64,000 nt of DNA from an uncultured Chitinophagaceae bacterium (GTDB taxonomy: Bacteria > Bacteroidota > Bacteroidia > Chitinophagales > Chitinophagaceae): NCBI GenBank assembly GCA_903907815.1, contig CAIVPM010000035.1, positions 3,776-67,775 on the forward strand. Reading direction: 5' to 3'. The position numbers and the translations under genes are program-made. The notes under the pieces are model-generated. The model had not been told where the DNA came from. It was given only the letters and a program-made list of their open reading frames with translations, and searched no databases. Shown here one piece after another: positions 28,207 through 36,268 of this stretch (positions are counted from its first letter, which is position 1; each line of letters starts with the position of its first letter).

Positions 28207-28650
28207 CTATTTTCTGGTAAAAGTTCTAATGTAATTAATCAAATCGCCAGGGGTGCCGGTTTTACCAAAGCCTCCTTCTATTACATCATCGTTGCTGGGT
28301 ATTCTTCTTTTAAAAGATGGCATGTCTTTGTGCCCTTCTGTCATTTTATAAAAGATAGCTCCATCCGATTGTTTTTTAAATGCTTCGCTGGTAAAATCTC
28401 CTGGAGTCTGGTTTAGTTTAATAGCCCTTGGGCCATCTCCTTTACCATTTACACCGTGGCAGGATTTACAATAGCGACCATACATTTCCTTTCCAATTTT
28501 AATAGAGGATGAATCTGAAGGAACTGGATTTTTCATCTTTTGATATTTTTCAGGAACTACCCATTTTGTTGGGTCCTGATCAAAAGAGAACATGAATAAT
28601 GCGAAAATTACGACTCCTAAAGAAGCGATAAAAGTTTTCATAATGAACAA
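28207..28650 (-). CDS. c-type cytochrome (membrane-anchored or secreted, monohaem)
   Basis: N-terminal hydrophobic anchor. Haem motif CKSCHG. Distal Met in KDMPSF. Confidence 0.75.
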   Translation of the reverse strand: MFIMKTFIASLGVVIFALFMFSFDQDPTKWVVPEKYQKMKNPVPSDSSSIKIGKEMYGRYCKSCHGVNGKGDGPRAIKLNQTPGDFTSEAFKKQSDGAIFYKMTEGHKDMPSFKRRIPSNDDVIEGGFGKTGTPGDLINYIRTFTRK

Positions 28651-28783
28651 GTTTTAGACCATTCGAAAAACAGTTTCAAATGATTGTCGGCAAGCTACCC
28701 ATCTTTTTCCGAATTAAAAATGACGAAAATCATATTATGGCTAAATAGGTTCTTTTTCTTTGCCCCCACCCCCATATTCTCAC

Positions 28784-28957
28784 TTATTTGTATTCATTAT
28801 CAATTATCCATTTTCCATTATCAATTAATTTTGGGCGTTCCGCAAGCGGCCGTTCCAGCTCTTCCTATCTTTTTTTCACATGTATTTGTATTAAATCCCT
28901 CCTTTGGAGGGTTGGGGAGGCTGTATTCCCTGCTGGCACTAACGCATATACAAATAC
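28784..28957 (-). repeat. inverted copy of the 8025-8207 mosaic element
   Basis: TTATTTGTATTC + ATTATCAATTATCC words; TTTTGGGCGTTCCGCAAGCGGCCGTTCCAGC (28829-28859); internal hairpin CCCTCC-TTT-GGAGGG (28897-28911); TATTCCCTGCTGGCACTAACGC (28924-28945); ATACAAATAC end. Confidence 0.85.
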
Positions 28958-28987
28958 ACCCATGTAATGCTGTATAAAATTTGTTTC

Positions 28988-29148
28988 TACCATATGGTCA
29001 TCCCTCCGGGATTAATTAAACAATCTCGCAACATAACGGCTAAGGAATAAACCCATATATATTTAAAAGTTCCGTAGGGACGAGCTTTTGGTAGAAAGAT
29101 CGTATTGATAAAAGGAGGCTAAAATCCCGTGGGGATGACCTTATGGTA
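28988..29148. repeat. three copies of a ~24-nt motif (TYCCGNRGGGAYGASCWTWTGGTA), one inverted
   Basis: 28988-29011 (reverse), 29070-29093 and 29125-29148. Each contains a mini-palindrome TCCC-NNN-GGGA. Confidence 0.6.
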
Positions 29149-29230
29149 TATGATACTTGTAAACTTTAGTGCATTATAAAGCAAATCAATAAAAAAGCCA
29201 TATTAGCTAAAAATTTGTCAAGGCTCAAGA

Positions 29231-29938
29231 TTATAAACGATTGATGACCCACTTTTTCCATGTAATTCTTTTATCGTAAGAACAAGCATTCCCCCAAACC
29301 CTTGGATGAGCCCCCCTGTATACTTTCTTATTAAGTTGTATCTCTTTATTATTGATGTTATCCATTTTTATAAAACAATCATAAGATTTAGCGCTTGTAA
29401 AAATAATTTTCTGAAATTTGACAGTTTTTAAAATATGCTTTAAAGCTTCATAAGCTACAGAGGAATCTTTATCACATACTTTAATAGTTGAGGCAGCTTT
29501 GTATGATGGTCTTTGGAAATAATTATAGATACCTACATAATCTAAAGGTGAGTTAGTATTGTCTTCTTTCAAATTTAGCCCCTCTCTAACTACTGATGAT
29601 AACTTCCGATAAACACTTTTCCCCTTAGCTAACGTCATGTCATCGCTTTCTGAATTTGTTATTATCTGCCGTGTATTTAAGCATTCTTTGAAATTGCTTG
29701 TAAGTCCATTTGCTTTTATATTGTAAAAAAGCTCAGGTGCATCAATTTTTAGATTGTGCTTATCATATTGATATTTAAATACGTCAGGGTTGATGTAATG
29801 ACTTTCCATAATAAAAAGCACTCCATCAGAAACTATTTTATTACCAATGTGTGGCAGTAGGAAAGGACGCAAATTAAACCCTTCGAATTCACAAAGTATA
29901 TTATCAAAATCGACAGAACTTTTTGATTGGCTCTTCAT
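29231..29938 (-). CDS. hypothetical protein, possible divergent uracil-DNA-glycosylase-superfamily fold
   Basis: The order of short motifs resembles family-4 UDGs. LFIMESHY sits at the GEAPG position, VGIYNYFQRPS at the vYitNvvkcRP position, IIFTSAKS at the vaLG position, and GAHPRVW at the HPS position. Very AT-rich. Confidence 0.4.
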   Translation of the reverse strand: MKSQSKSSVDFDNILCEFEGFNLRPFLLPHIGNKIVSDGVLFIMESHYINPDVFKYQYDKHNLKIDAPELFYNIKANGLTSNFKECLNTRQIITNSESDDMTLAKGKSVYRKLSSVVREGLNLKEDNTNSPLDYVGIYNYFQRPSYKAASTIKVCDKDSSVAYEALKHILKTVKFQKIIFTSAKSYDCFIKMDNINNKEIQLNKKVYRGAHPRVWGNACSYDKRITWKKWVINRL

Positions 29939-29961
29939 TTATAACTTTTAAATGTATTAAT

Positions 29962-30195
29962 TTACATTGATGGAGAATGGTAATCACCATTTGGATTTCT
30001 TCTGCAAATATCAGAAGTTAAGTCTGCTATTGAAGAACGTTCAGCGCCACAATATTTACAAGAATACTTTGATTTTATACTGCCCTCATAAGGAACGTGA
30101 TAATCTCCATTAGGGTTTCTTCTGCAAAATGAAGAAGTTAAATCTGAAATCGAGGAACGTTCAGCGCCACAATAAACACATGCTACTTTTGACAT
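29962..30195 (-). CDS. small protein with two tandem CCCH (CxxC-x14-C-x8-H) modules
   Basis: A 40-aa internal duplication: C6/C9/C24/H33 and C46/C49/C64/H73, each with YCGAERSSIxDLTSxxCRRNPNGDYH. The duplication is also visible at the DNA level. Confidence 0.6.
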   Translation of the reverse strand: MSKVACVYCGAERSSISDLTSSFCRRNPNGDYHVPYEGSIKSKYSCKYCGAERSSIADLTSDICRRNPNGDYHSPSM

Positions 30196-30271
30196 AATAT
30201 ATATTTTTTATTAATGCCTACTTTTTTAGATTTCGGCTGCTCTTATTATAAAGCTGCTATTTGAATTTTAA

Positions 30272-31366
30272 CTAATTTTCTTTACCGCCTTTATATTTGG
30301 GAAAAGGGTATCGTTTCCACATGTTTCTATTTGGATCATGTGCCATATCTCCTGCATATGGAACCATGGAGATTGTTTCAATCTTTTGAAAATATTTGTC
30401 GTCATTGATTAAATTTTTAGAAAGATATTTCTTCATTACCCAACCCATAATACCATTGCCATCTAATCCACAATTGTTTTCTTTATAAAGAATTTTTACA
30501 TAAATATAATTTTTGGATTTAGTCTTATTTTCTCTATCATCTACACTTCTAACTATAGCACCTTTATGTAAAAAACCTTGAATATAAAAGCTATTGCCTG
30601 GGTTGTCTAATATAAGTAAGTTATCAGTTTGACAATAAAATGTCTGCTCTTCAAAAGCTACTACTTCGTCTTTTTTTACTGTTAACTTTTCTGTTAATTT
30701 ATTATCATTTTTTAGCGGTATAGTTTGTTTATTTGATGTAGGATTTGCAATAGCGTCTTTTAATTTATTTTCGTATTCTAATACATTTTTTATTGTGTTA
30801 TTAACTATTGAAATAGTACCTGTCCCATTAGCACTTATTTGACTTAGTGTTATTTTATCTTGCCAAAATGAATTGTATGCAATTTTATTTTTAGAAGTTT
30901 CAATGTTTATATTGGTGTTCCAAAAATTTACATAAAAATTTACTAATAGTCTATAATCTCCATAAATTTTACAACCATCAATAATCATATTTTTCTCGTT
31001 ATTAAAAAAATAATGAAATTTAAAATGTAATGTTTTGTTTTTAGACCCTTGAATATTATAGGTAGGAGAATAACTGAATGATACAGTTTTATTTTTATCA
31101 TCAAACTCAGAACCACCATTGGCAGCAAGGCCCAATTGATTTACAAAAGCTTGTAATCTTTCTATTACAAAATTAAAATCAAAGTATGTTATTTGAGTGG
31201 TATAGTTATTATTTACTAAGTTGATTAACAATGTTGATTTATCATAGCCATATGGAGTCCAATCTTTTCTGTTCTTTTCATATAATTTTATGCTATCAAT
31301 GTTATTAGATTGAGAATAACATTTTATAAAAGCAAATACTAAAACAAAGAATAAAAAATTTTTCAT
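30272..31366 (-). CDS. secreted hypothetical protein with C-terminal SH3b-like segment
   Basis: Signal peptide MKNFLFFVLVFAFIKCYSQ. C-terminal ...GFLHKGAIVRSVDD...GIMGWVMKKYLS resembles a bacterial SH3. Extremely AT-rich. Confidence 0.55.
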   Translation of the reverse strand: MKNFLFFVLVFAFIKCYSQSNNIDSIKLYEKNRKDWTPYGYDKSTLLINLVNNNYTTQITYFDFNFVIERLQAFVNQLGLAANGGSEFDDKNKTVSFSYSPTYNIQGSKNKTLHFKFHYFFNNEKNMIIDGCKIYGDYRLLVNFYVNFWNTNINIETSKNKIAYNSFWQDKITLSQISANGTGTISIVNNTIKNVLEYENKLKDAIANPTSNKQTIPLKNDNKLTEKLTVKKDEVVAFEEQTFYCQTDNLLILDNPGNSFYIQGFLHKGAIVRSVDDRENKTKSKNYIYVKILYKENNCGLDGNGIMGWVMKKYLSKNLINDDKYFQKIETISMVPYAGDMAHDPNRNMWKRYPFPKYKGGKEN

Positions 31367-31734
31367 AATTATTATTTTATACGAGTATTATAATCAAATT
31401 AATACCTTAGGGGTTACTGTCTCACCAGCAATAATCCTACCCCTTCTTTCCCTTCTTCTTTTTCTCATCCCCTCTCGAAATAGCTTACAAAAAAGAAACG
31501 GAGTAATCCTCTGAACATGCTGCACTTGTTTCGAAATCTATTGCAGCTTAAAGCTGCATTTCTCCATTCTTCTCAGTATCTCCTTCCATGCAGCAGTCTC
31601 TTTAAATTATTCATCTCCTATTCAGAATAGAATCAAAGAAAAAGTATTCTGCGTTCTTAGGCGTTCCAAATATAACCAATCACCTAATACCCCAAAAAGA
31701 AAGCCCGCAGAAAAATCCGCAGGCTCTATATCAA

Positions 31735-31846
31735 AACAGTTTAGTTTTTATATCTTTAGTGTTTAGTTTTTTGTATCCTCCTTACTCAATGTATTCATTA
31801 GCATATTATCACATCAGATAATTATCAAATTAATATCCTCCCTGTA
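31735..31846. repeat. mosaic intergenic repeat module abutting the stop of the 31847-32734 gene
   Basis: TTTAGTTTTTATATCTTTAGTGTTTAGTTTTTTGTATCCTCCTTACTCAATGTATTCATTAGCATATTATCACATCAGATAATTATCAAAT. Confidence 0.7.
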
Positions 31847-32734
31847 TTAATTAATACGCTTAAGTTTCACAACTACAATAGTAGTAGTACTTCTAACAAT
31901 CCTAACAGGAAATATCTGTGCTACAAATCCAGGTGCCTCTGCCTTAAAACTACCCTTACCAGTTTTTACACTAACTATAGTAGCCACATTATCATCTGCA
32001 TTAGCCATTTTGTCAGAGTTTTCGTCTTGCACCACTCCGCCTGTTATTGGCTTTCCAGCTTCATCAAATAAATGTACTTCCAGTATATTGTGTCTTCCAT
32101 GCTTAATAAGCTTACTTGTAAGATCAAAATTCGAAGCCATCACAGTCTCAGGAAAATAGGAATGTACCAAATCACCAATACTTTCTATAGCATCATCAAG
32201 TTTCAGTTTCAATGGTTCCATTAAATCTGTACCCGTACTCTTTTTTTCCTTGGCAAAACTGGTAGGCAAATCCTTCGAACCATTAAAATTAAGAATATTG
32301 GTTTCCATTTCCGTTATTTGAAGGGCATCCAGTACGGATAATAACGTAAGATTATTTTTCATCAAATCTTTTACGGCATTTGCCCTGCTCATTATAATAT
32401 CAGCAGAACCTCTGTAATAAGTATCTGGATGACTCAACCCATCCAGCAACAATTTATTTTTCAATCCTTTCGCCTCCGTCTTAGCCCTAAGGCTATACTT
32501 CATCAAACTGGCAATCATAATGCTGGCCAAATCAGTCTTGTCACCTGCAATTCCAGTATTATCTTTCTGTTGTGTCTTTGCCGCTACTTCTATTGCTAAA
32601 AGTACAGCACTCAGTTTTACTTCCCAGCTTGGGTAATCTGGTATAGTATTTAAAGCAGTTTTATATGCTTCACTCTTGCCAAAAATCTGAACTCTTTTGC
32701 CCGAATCGTAATGGGCTTGATCGTCTTCATTCAT
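31847..32734 (-). CDS. orphan protein: helical N-terminal region + C-terminal carboxypeptidase-regulatory-like beta-sandwich (paralog of 62817-63683)
   Basis: No signal peptide. C-terminus HNILEVHLFDEAGKPITGGVV...GSFKAEAPGFVAQIFPVRIVRSTTTIVVVKL. Same length and layout as the 288-aa ORF at 62817. Confidence 0.6.
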   Translation of the reverse strand: MNEDDQAHYDSGKRVQIFGKSEAYKTALNTIPDYPSWEVKLSAVLLAIEVAAKTQQKDNTGIAGDKTDLASIMIASLMKYSLRAKTEAKGLKNKLLLDGLSHPDTYYRGSADIIMSRANAVKDLMKNNLTLLSVLDALQITEMETNILNFNGSKDLPTSFAKEKKSTGTDLMEPLKLKLDDAIESIGDLVHSYFPETVMASNFDLTSKLIKHGRHNILEVHLFDEAGKPITGGVVQDENSDKMANADDNVATIVSVKTGKGSFKAEAPGFVAQIFPVRIVRSTTTIVVVKLKRIN

Positions 32735-32956
32735 ATGTGTGTTTTTTGTAACAATGTAAACCTACATCTATTAACCTGCCTTAAATCATTTACCCAATAA
32801 GGTTGATAACCAATTACGCACATCTCAATGCACATTTCAATATAATCAACCTTTACAGTATTTACAGAATAGCTTTAATCTAAAATTTAAAATCAATAAT
32901 GTATATACATCATCAATTTCGATGCAAACAATAATACCAGAATAAGTATTATAGTT

Positions 32957-33064
32957 CGTTATGAAGGTTACAAATGAAATAAAGACGGGTGTTTGAAGTA
33001 TTTGAAAACTGTAATAGAATACTAATTCGTAATCTGGGATAAAGCTAACAATAGATATTGTATG
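32957..33064 (+). repeat. duplicate of the region immediately upstream of yebC (46162-46337), including the ATG context
   Basis: CGTTATGAAGGTTACAAATGAAATAAAGACGGGTGTTTGAAGTATTTGAAAACTGTAATAGAATACTAATTCGTAATCTGGGATAAAG...ATG aligns with 46162-46204 plus 46264-46337. Confidence 0.75.
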
Positions 33065-33087
33065 CTAATAAAGTACTTTTCGTACGG

Positions 33088-33360
33088 GCATAGTCTGTAC
33101 ACTACAAAGCATAGTCTATTCACTGCATAGCATAGTCTGTTTACAAAGGAGCATGTTCTTTACAGAACCACAATGGTCTTGTTATGTAAGCTGATGATGC
33201 TTTTTGCTAAGTAGCATAGCCTATACAGTACTAAGATGGACTTGTTCTTTAAACGGATAGTGCTTTTCAATAAGCAGCATAGTCTTTACAGTACTTTAAT
33301 GGTCTTATTCTTTACATCGATGTAATTGTTCACTTAAGAGCATGTTAATAAATTAAATAG
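33088..33360. repeat. non-coding tandem array, strict 21-bp phase (unit GCATAGTCTnTnCAnnnnAAA, 63-bp A-B-C super-repeat in the second half)
   Basis: Unit starts at 33088, 33109, 33130, 33151, 33172, 33214, 33235, 33256, 33277, 33298 and 33340. All differ by multiples of 21. Confidence 0.85.
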
Positions 33361-33377
33361 CCAATCAGCCGCAACCT

Positions 33378-35705
33378 TTATTTCATGATCAATAACTTTT
33401 GTGAATACGATTCATCTGTCAGTATCATCTTAAGAAAATAAGTACCCGTTTTTAAAGCAGCGGTATTCACTTTTACTATTCCGTTGATGATGGGTAATTC
33501 CTGTTTAAAAACCATCCGGCCTGTAATGTCTGCAATCTCAATACCGGTTGTTTTATGGTTGCTATTATTAATGAATAGCTGTACATAATCGGTAGCAGGA
33601 TTGGGCACAATGCTAAAGCCTGCATTTAGTAAAGGAACATGAATGGTACATATTTTGCTATAGGTATAAGCTCCGTTTTTGTTGATTATTTTTAATCGGT
33701 AATAAAGGTTGGCACCTCGCCATGCTGTTATATTATCGTTGAAAAGATAGTTGGTTTTACTGGTAGCAATTGTTTCGCCAATGCTATTAAATTCAACGCC
33801 ATTGAGGCTTCTTTCTACCACATATTTATCTACATTTATTTCGGCATCTACCTGCCAGTTCAGCAGTACAGTATTATCCAGTGAACGTCCGGTAAAGGAA
33901 ATGATATTGACAGGCAAGGACACGATACAGCTGCTATTCCATAGCTGACTATCCATCCAGGTTAAACGATGTTTTATCCAGCTTTTAAGGGTATCTACTT
34001 CCTGCTGAAAAGTAGGCGGCCAATAAGCATTTGGCCAGGTGTAATGTCCCAGTACAGGCCAGCGTTTATAGGTGTTTACCTGATCCTGCTGCACTATGTT
34101 CTGCATAGAATCGATGAGGCTGTTTATATTGCTCCAGGATAATACATTCTGTCTGAAACTGGTGTAGCGGCATTTGTATAAATTACTATAAACAGTATCG
34201 TTGTAAAACAACCTGCTCCACCATACCGGATTGCCCGGACAAACGGTACTCCATTGCCATACATTCCAGTATTGTGCAAGGCCGTAATTGCCGTTTCCAA
34301 ACGATAAGTTGTAATCCCATATTGGACCGGCTTTTATGTGCGGATCTTTACTGTCTTTATCTTTATGATAATAACTACTGAGCCTGTACCCATCGATATT
34401 ACGGGCCAGTTCGACCATCATTGAATGATCGACAAATGTTTTTAAGCTTACATATTTCTTATAGCCATTTACGGTATCGTAAAGAGAATAGCTTAAGAAA
34501 GCTGTTTCGAATTTACCAACATAGTTTGCCAGATAAGCCGCTTGTTTGGGATTAATACTATCGGGACTTGGATAGTCGTATAAATAGTTGATTCTTTCGG
34601 TAGTATAACTGGCTGTATCGCAAAGCATGTAAGTACCTGTCCATCCAGCATTCTGAGCGCCGGTGGTTTTATCTATTTTAAAAATATAGCCACCGGTTAA
34701 ATCATTGCCGGTAGTATCTTTTGCTTTAAGGTTTGCAATGTTTACCCTGTTTTTATCACGTTTAATTTTTTCCATTAATACATAAATACCTTCATACATT
34801 CCATTGACATATAGTATAAAATATTTAGTACGGCTGGCATAGTGCCCCATTTGATTACTGATGTTATAAATGACGGTATTACGCATTAAACTTTTATCGT
34901 CGTAAGGGGGATAGAAAATCCATTCGTGTTGTGAGGGCATTCCTAAAAGAGTAGTATCTAAATCGTTGCCTGTACTATCCCAGGTCTGCAATCCATAAGG
35001 TTTTTGTGGAAAGTATTGCGAAGAACTTCCTCTGTATTCTATACCTATGGTTCCTTTAAAACTGGGCGTATCGGCGTAATGATTTAGTTTACCACCACCA
35101 TTATCTATTATGTTCATCTGTGCTTTAATTTTAGGTTCATCTAAAATGGTTTGTCCATTGGTAAACACTTCTATAATAGGCAGATGAGTAGTATCGGGCA
35201 TGATGGGTGCGGGGGTAGTACCAAAAGTAATACTCCAGTTATATAGTGTACCAATATTATACTGGCAGCAGTCTTTTACTTTCAAGATCCATTTTCCATT
35301 GGGATTCTGACCATTGTTTAAAGTGCCTAACCAGCTCTGTGGTTGAAAGTTTCCTGTATAAGGTGGGCCATTTAAATAGACGGCAGTAGTGCCTGCTCTA
35401 TAATTAAAATGTGTGTTGGAATAATTGGATCCACCCCAGCCATTATTTTGTGTCAATAGAATTATGGTACCATTGGGAGAAATAAGGGAGGCGGTAATAT
35501 CGCCAGCGCTGGGATGGTTGATATTAATCATAACATCCTGTATGCCGAAAGTAGTATTGAGAGAAGTGCCTAAGCCAGTTACCGTTAAAGTATCCTGTAA
35601 GGTAGCAGTATCGGGGATTAATCTGTAGCTGCTTTTACTGAAAGTCTGGGAGAAAGAATGGATTGAAATAAAACAAGCAAGGATAAACAGTAGTTTTTTG
35701 TTCAT
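33378..35705 (-). CDS. secreted CotH-family protein with N-terminal proprotein-convertase P-domain and T9SS C-terminal sorting tail
   Basis: Signal peptide. P-domain motif ININHPSAGDITASLISPNGT. CotH-like core (NGMYEGIYVLMEKIKRDKNRV). C-terminal ...GTYFLKMILTDESYSQKLLIMK. Confidence 0.7.
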   Translation of the reverse strand: MNKKLLFILACFISIHSFSQTFSKSSYRLIPDTATLQDTLTVTGLGTSLNTTFGIQDVMININHPSAGDITASLISPNGTIILLTQNNGWGGSNYSNTHFNYRAGTTAVYLNGPPYTGNFQPQSWLGTLNNGQNPNGKWILKVKDCCQYNIGTLYNWSITFGTTPAPIMPDTTHLPIIEVFTNGQTILDEPKIKAQMNIIDNGGGKLNHYADTPSFKGTIGIEYRGSSSQYFPQKPYGLQTWDSTGNDLDTTLLGMPSQHEWIFYPPYDDKSLMRNTVIYNISNQMGHYASRTKYFILYVNGMYEGIYVLMEKIKRDKNRVNIANLKAKDTTGNDLTGGYIFKIDKTTGAQNAGWTGTYMLCDTASYTTERINYLYDYPSPDSINPKQAAYLANYVGKFETAFLSYSLYDTVNGYKKYVSLKTFVDHSMMVELARNIDGYRLSSYYHKDKDSKDPHIKAGPIWDYNLSFGNGNYGLAQYWNVWQWSTVCPGNPVWWSRLFYNDTVYSNLYKCRYTSFRQNVLSWSNINSLIDSMQNIVQQDQVNTYKRWPVLGHYTWPNAYWPPTFQQEVDTLKSWIKHRLTWMDSQLWNSSCIVSLPVNIISFTGRSLDNTVLLNWQVDAEINVDKYVVERSLNGVEFNSIGETIATSKTNYLFNDNITAWRGANLYYRLKIINKNGAYTYSKICTIHVPLLNAGFSIVPNPATDYVQLFINNSNHKTTGIEIADITGRMVFKQELPIINGIVKVNTAALKTGTYFLKMILTDESYSQKLLIMK

Positions 35706-35978
35706 AAAAAACCGTGGATAGTTTTTTGATGTTTATAGAATTTTATAAACATACGTTTTACTAAACGGCATAAAAGTAGTTAAATACTGCAATAAATTTA
35801 TAAAGTATAGTCCTTAGCGGGTAGAATTAATTTGAGTTAAGGCTGTATAGCAATACTATATTGTATACCTTTAAAGTAGTAGTAGAAGATTTTTGTTGTG
35901 ATTGCATTCATAGATTTGCAGGCGAAGAATGTAGTACTATTGTAGACTACTATTTTACCATTTAATAGCAATAAGTTT

Positions 35979-36218
35979 ATGAACAATAGAACATTGAATA
36001 TACTGGAGGGAATAGGTGTAGGAATGAGGATACTATCTTTTACTGCATTGAGTATTATGGGAAAATCAACTCCCTTTTTAGCTTTATGGTTAATTAATAC
36101 TTTTGATGCAATCTTACTTACCTACTGTGCTGTGGTAAGGAAAAATAATTCCTATATTGTACTGAATTTATTCTGGATACTGGTTGGATTAATTGGTATT
36201 TATAACAGTTTGAAATAA
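35979..36218 (+). CDS. small membrane protein (hypothetical)
   Basis: 79 aa, three hydrophobic helices. No family recognised. Confidence 0.3.
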   Translation: MNNRTLNILEGIGVGMRILSFTALSIMGKSTPFLALWLINTFDAILLTYCAVVRKNNSYIVLNLFWILVGLIGIYNSLK

Positions 36219-36268
36219 GGAGAAGATTATATTTGTAACAACGTATAAAACATTATAAATAAAGCAGT

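Noticed and set aside
28684-28977. 97-aa ORF in the spacer after the cytochrome c gene
   Set aside because: It is composed almost entirely of the mosaic repeat element (28784-28957) and starts with a non-ATG codon. The reading frame is a by-product of the repeat.
31700-31732. Terminator-like AAAGCCCGCAGAAAAATCCGCAGGCT
   Set aside because: Pairing needs bulges (GCC/GGC plus GC/GC only) and there is no T-run on either strand. The evidence is too weak to annotate.
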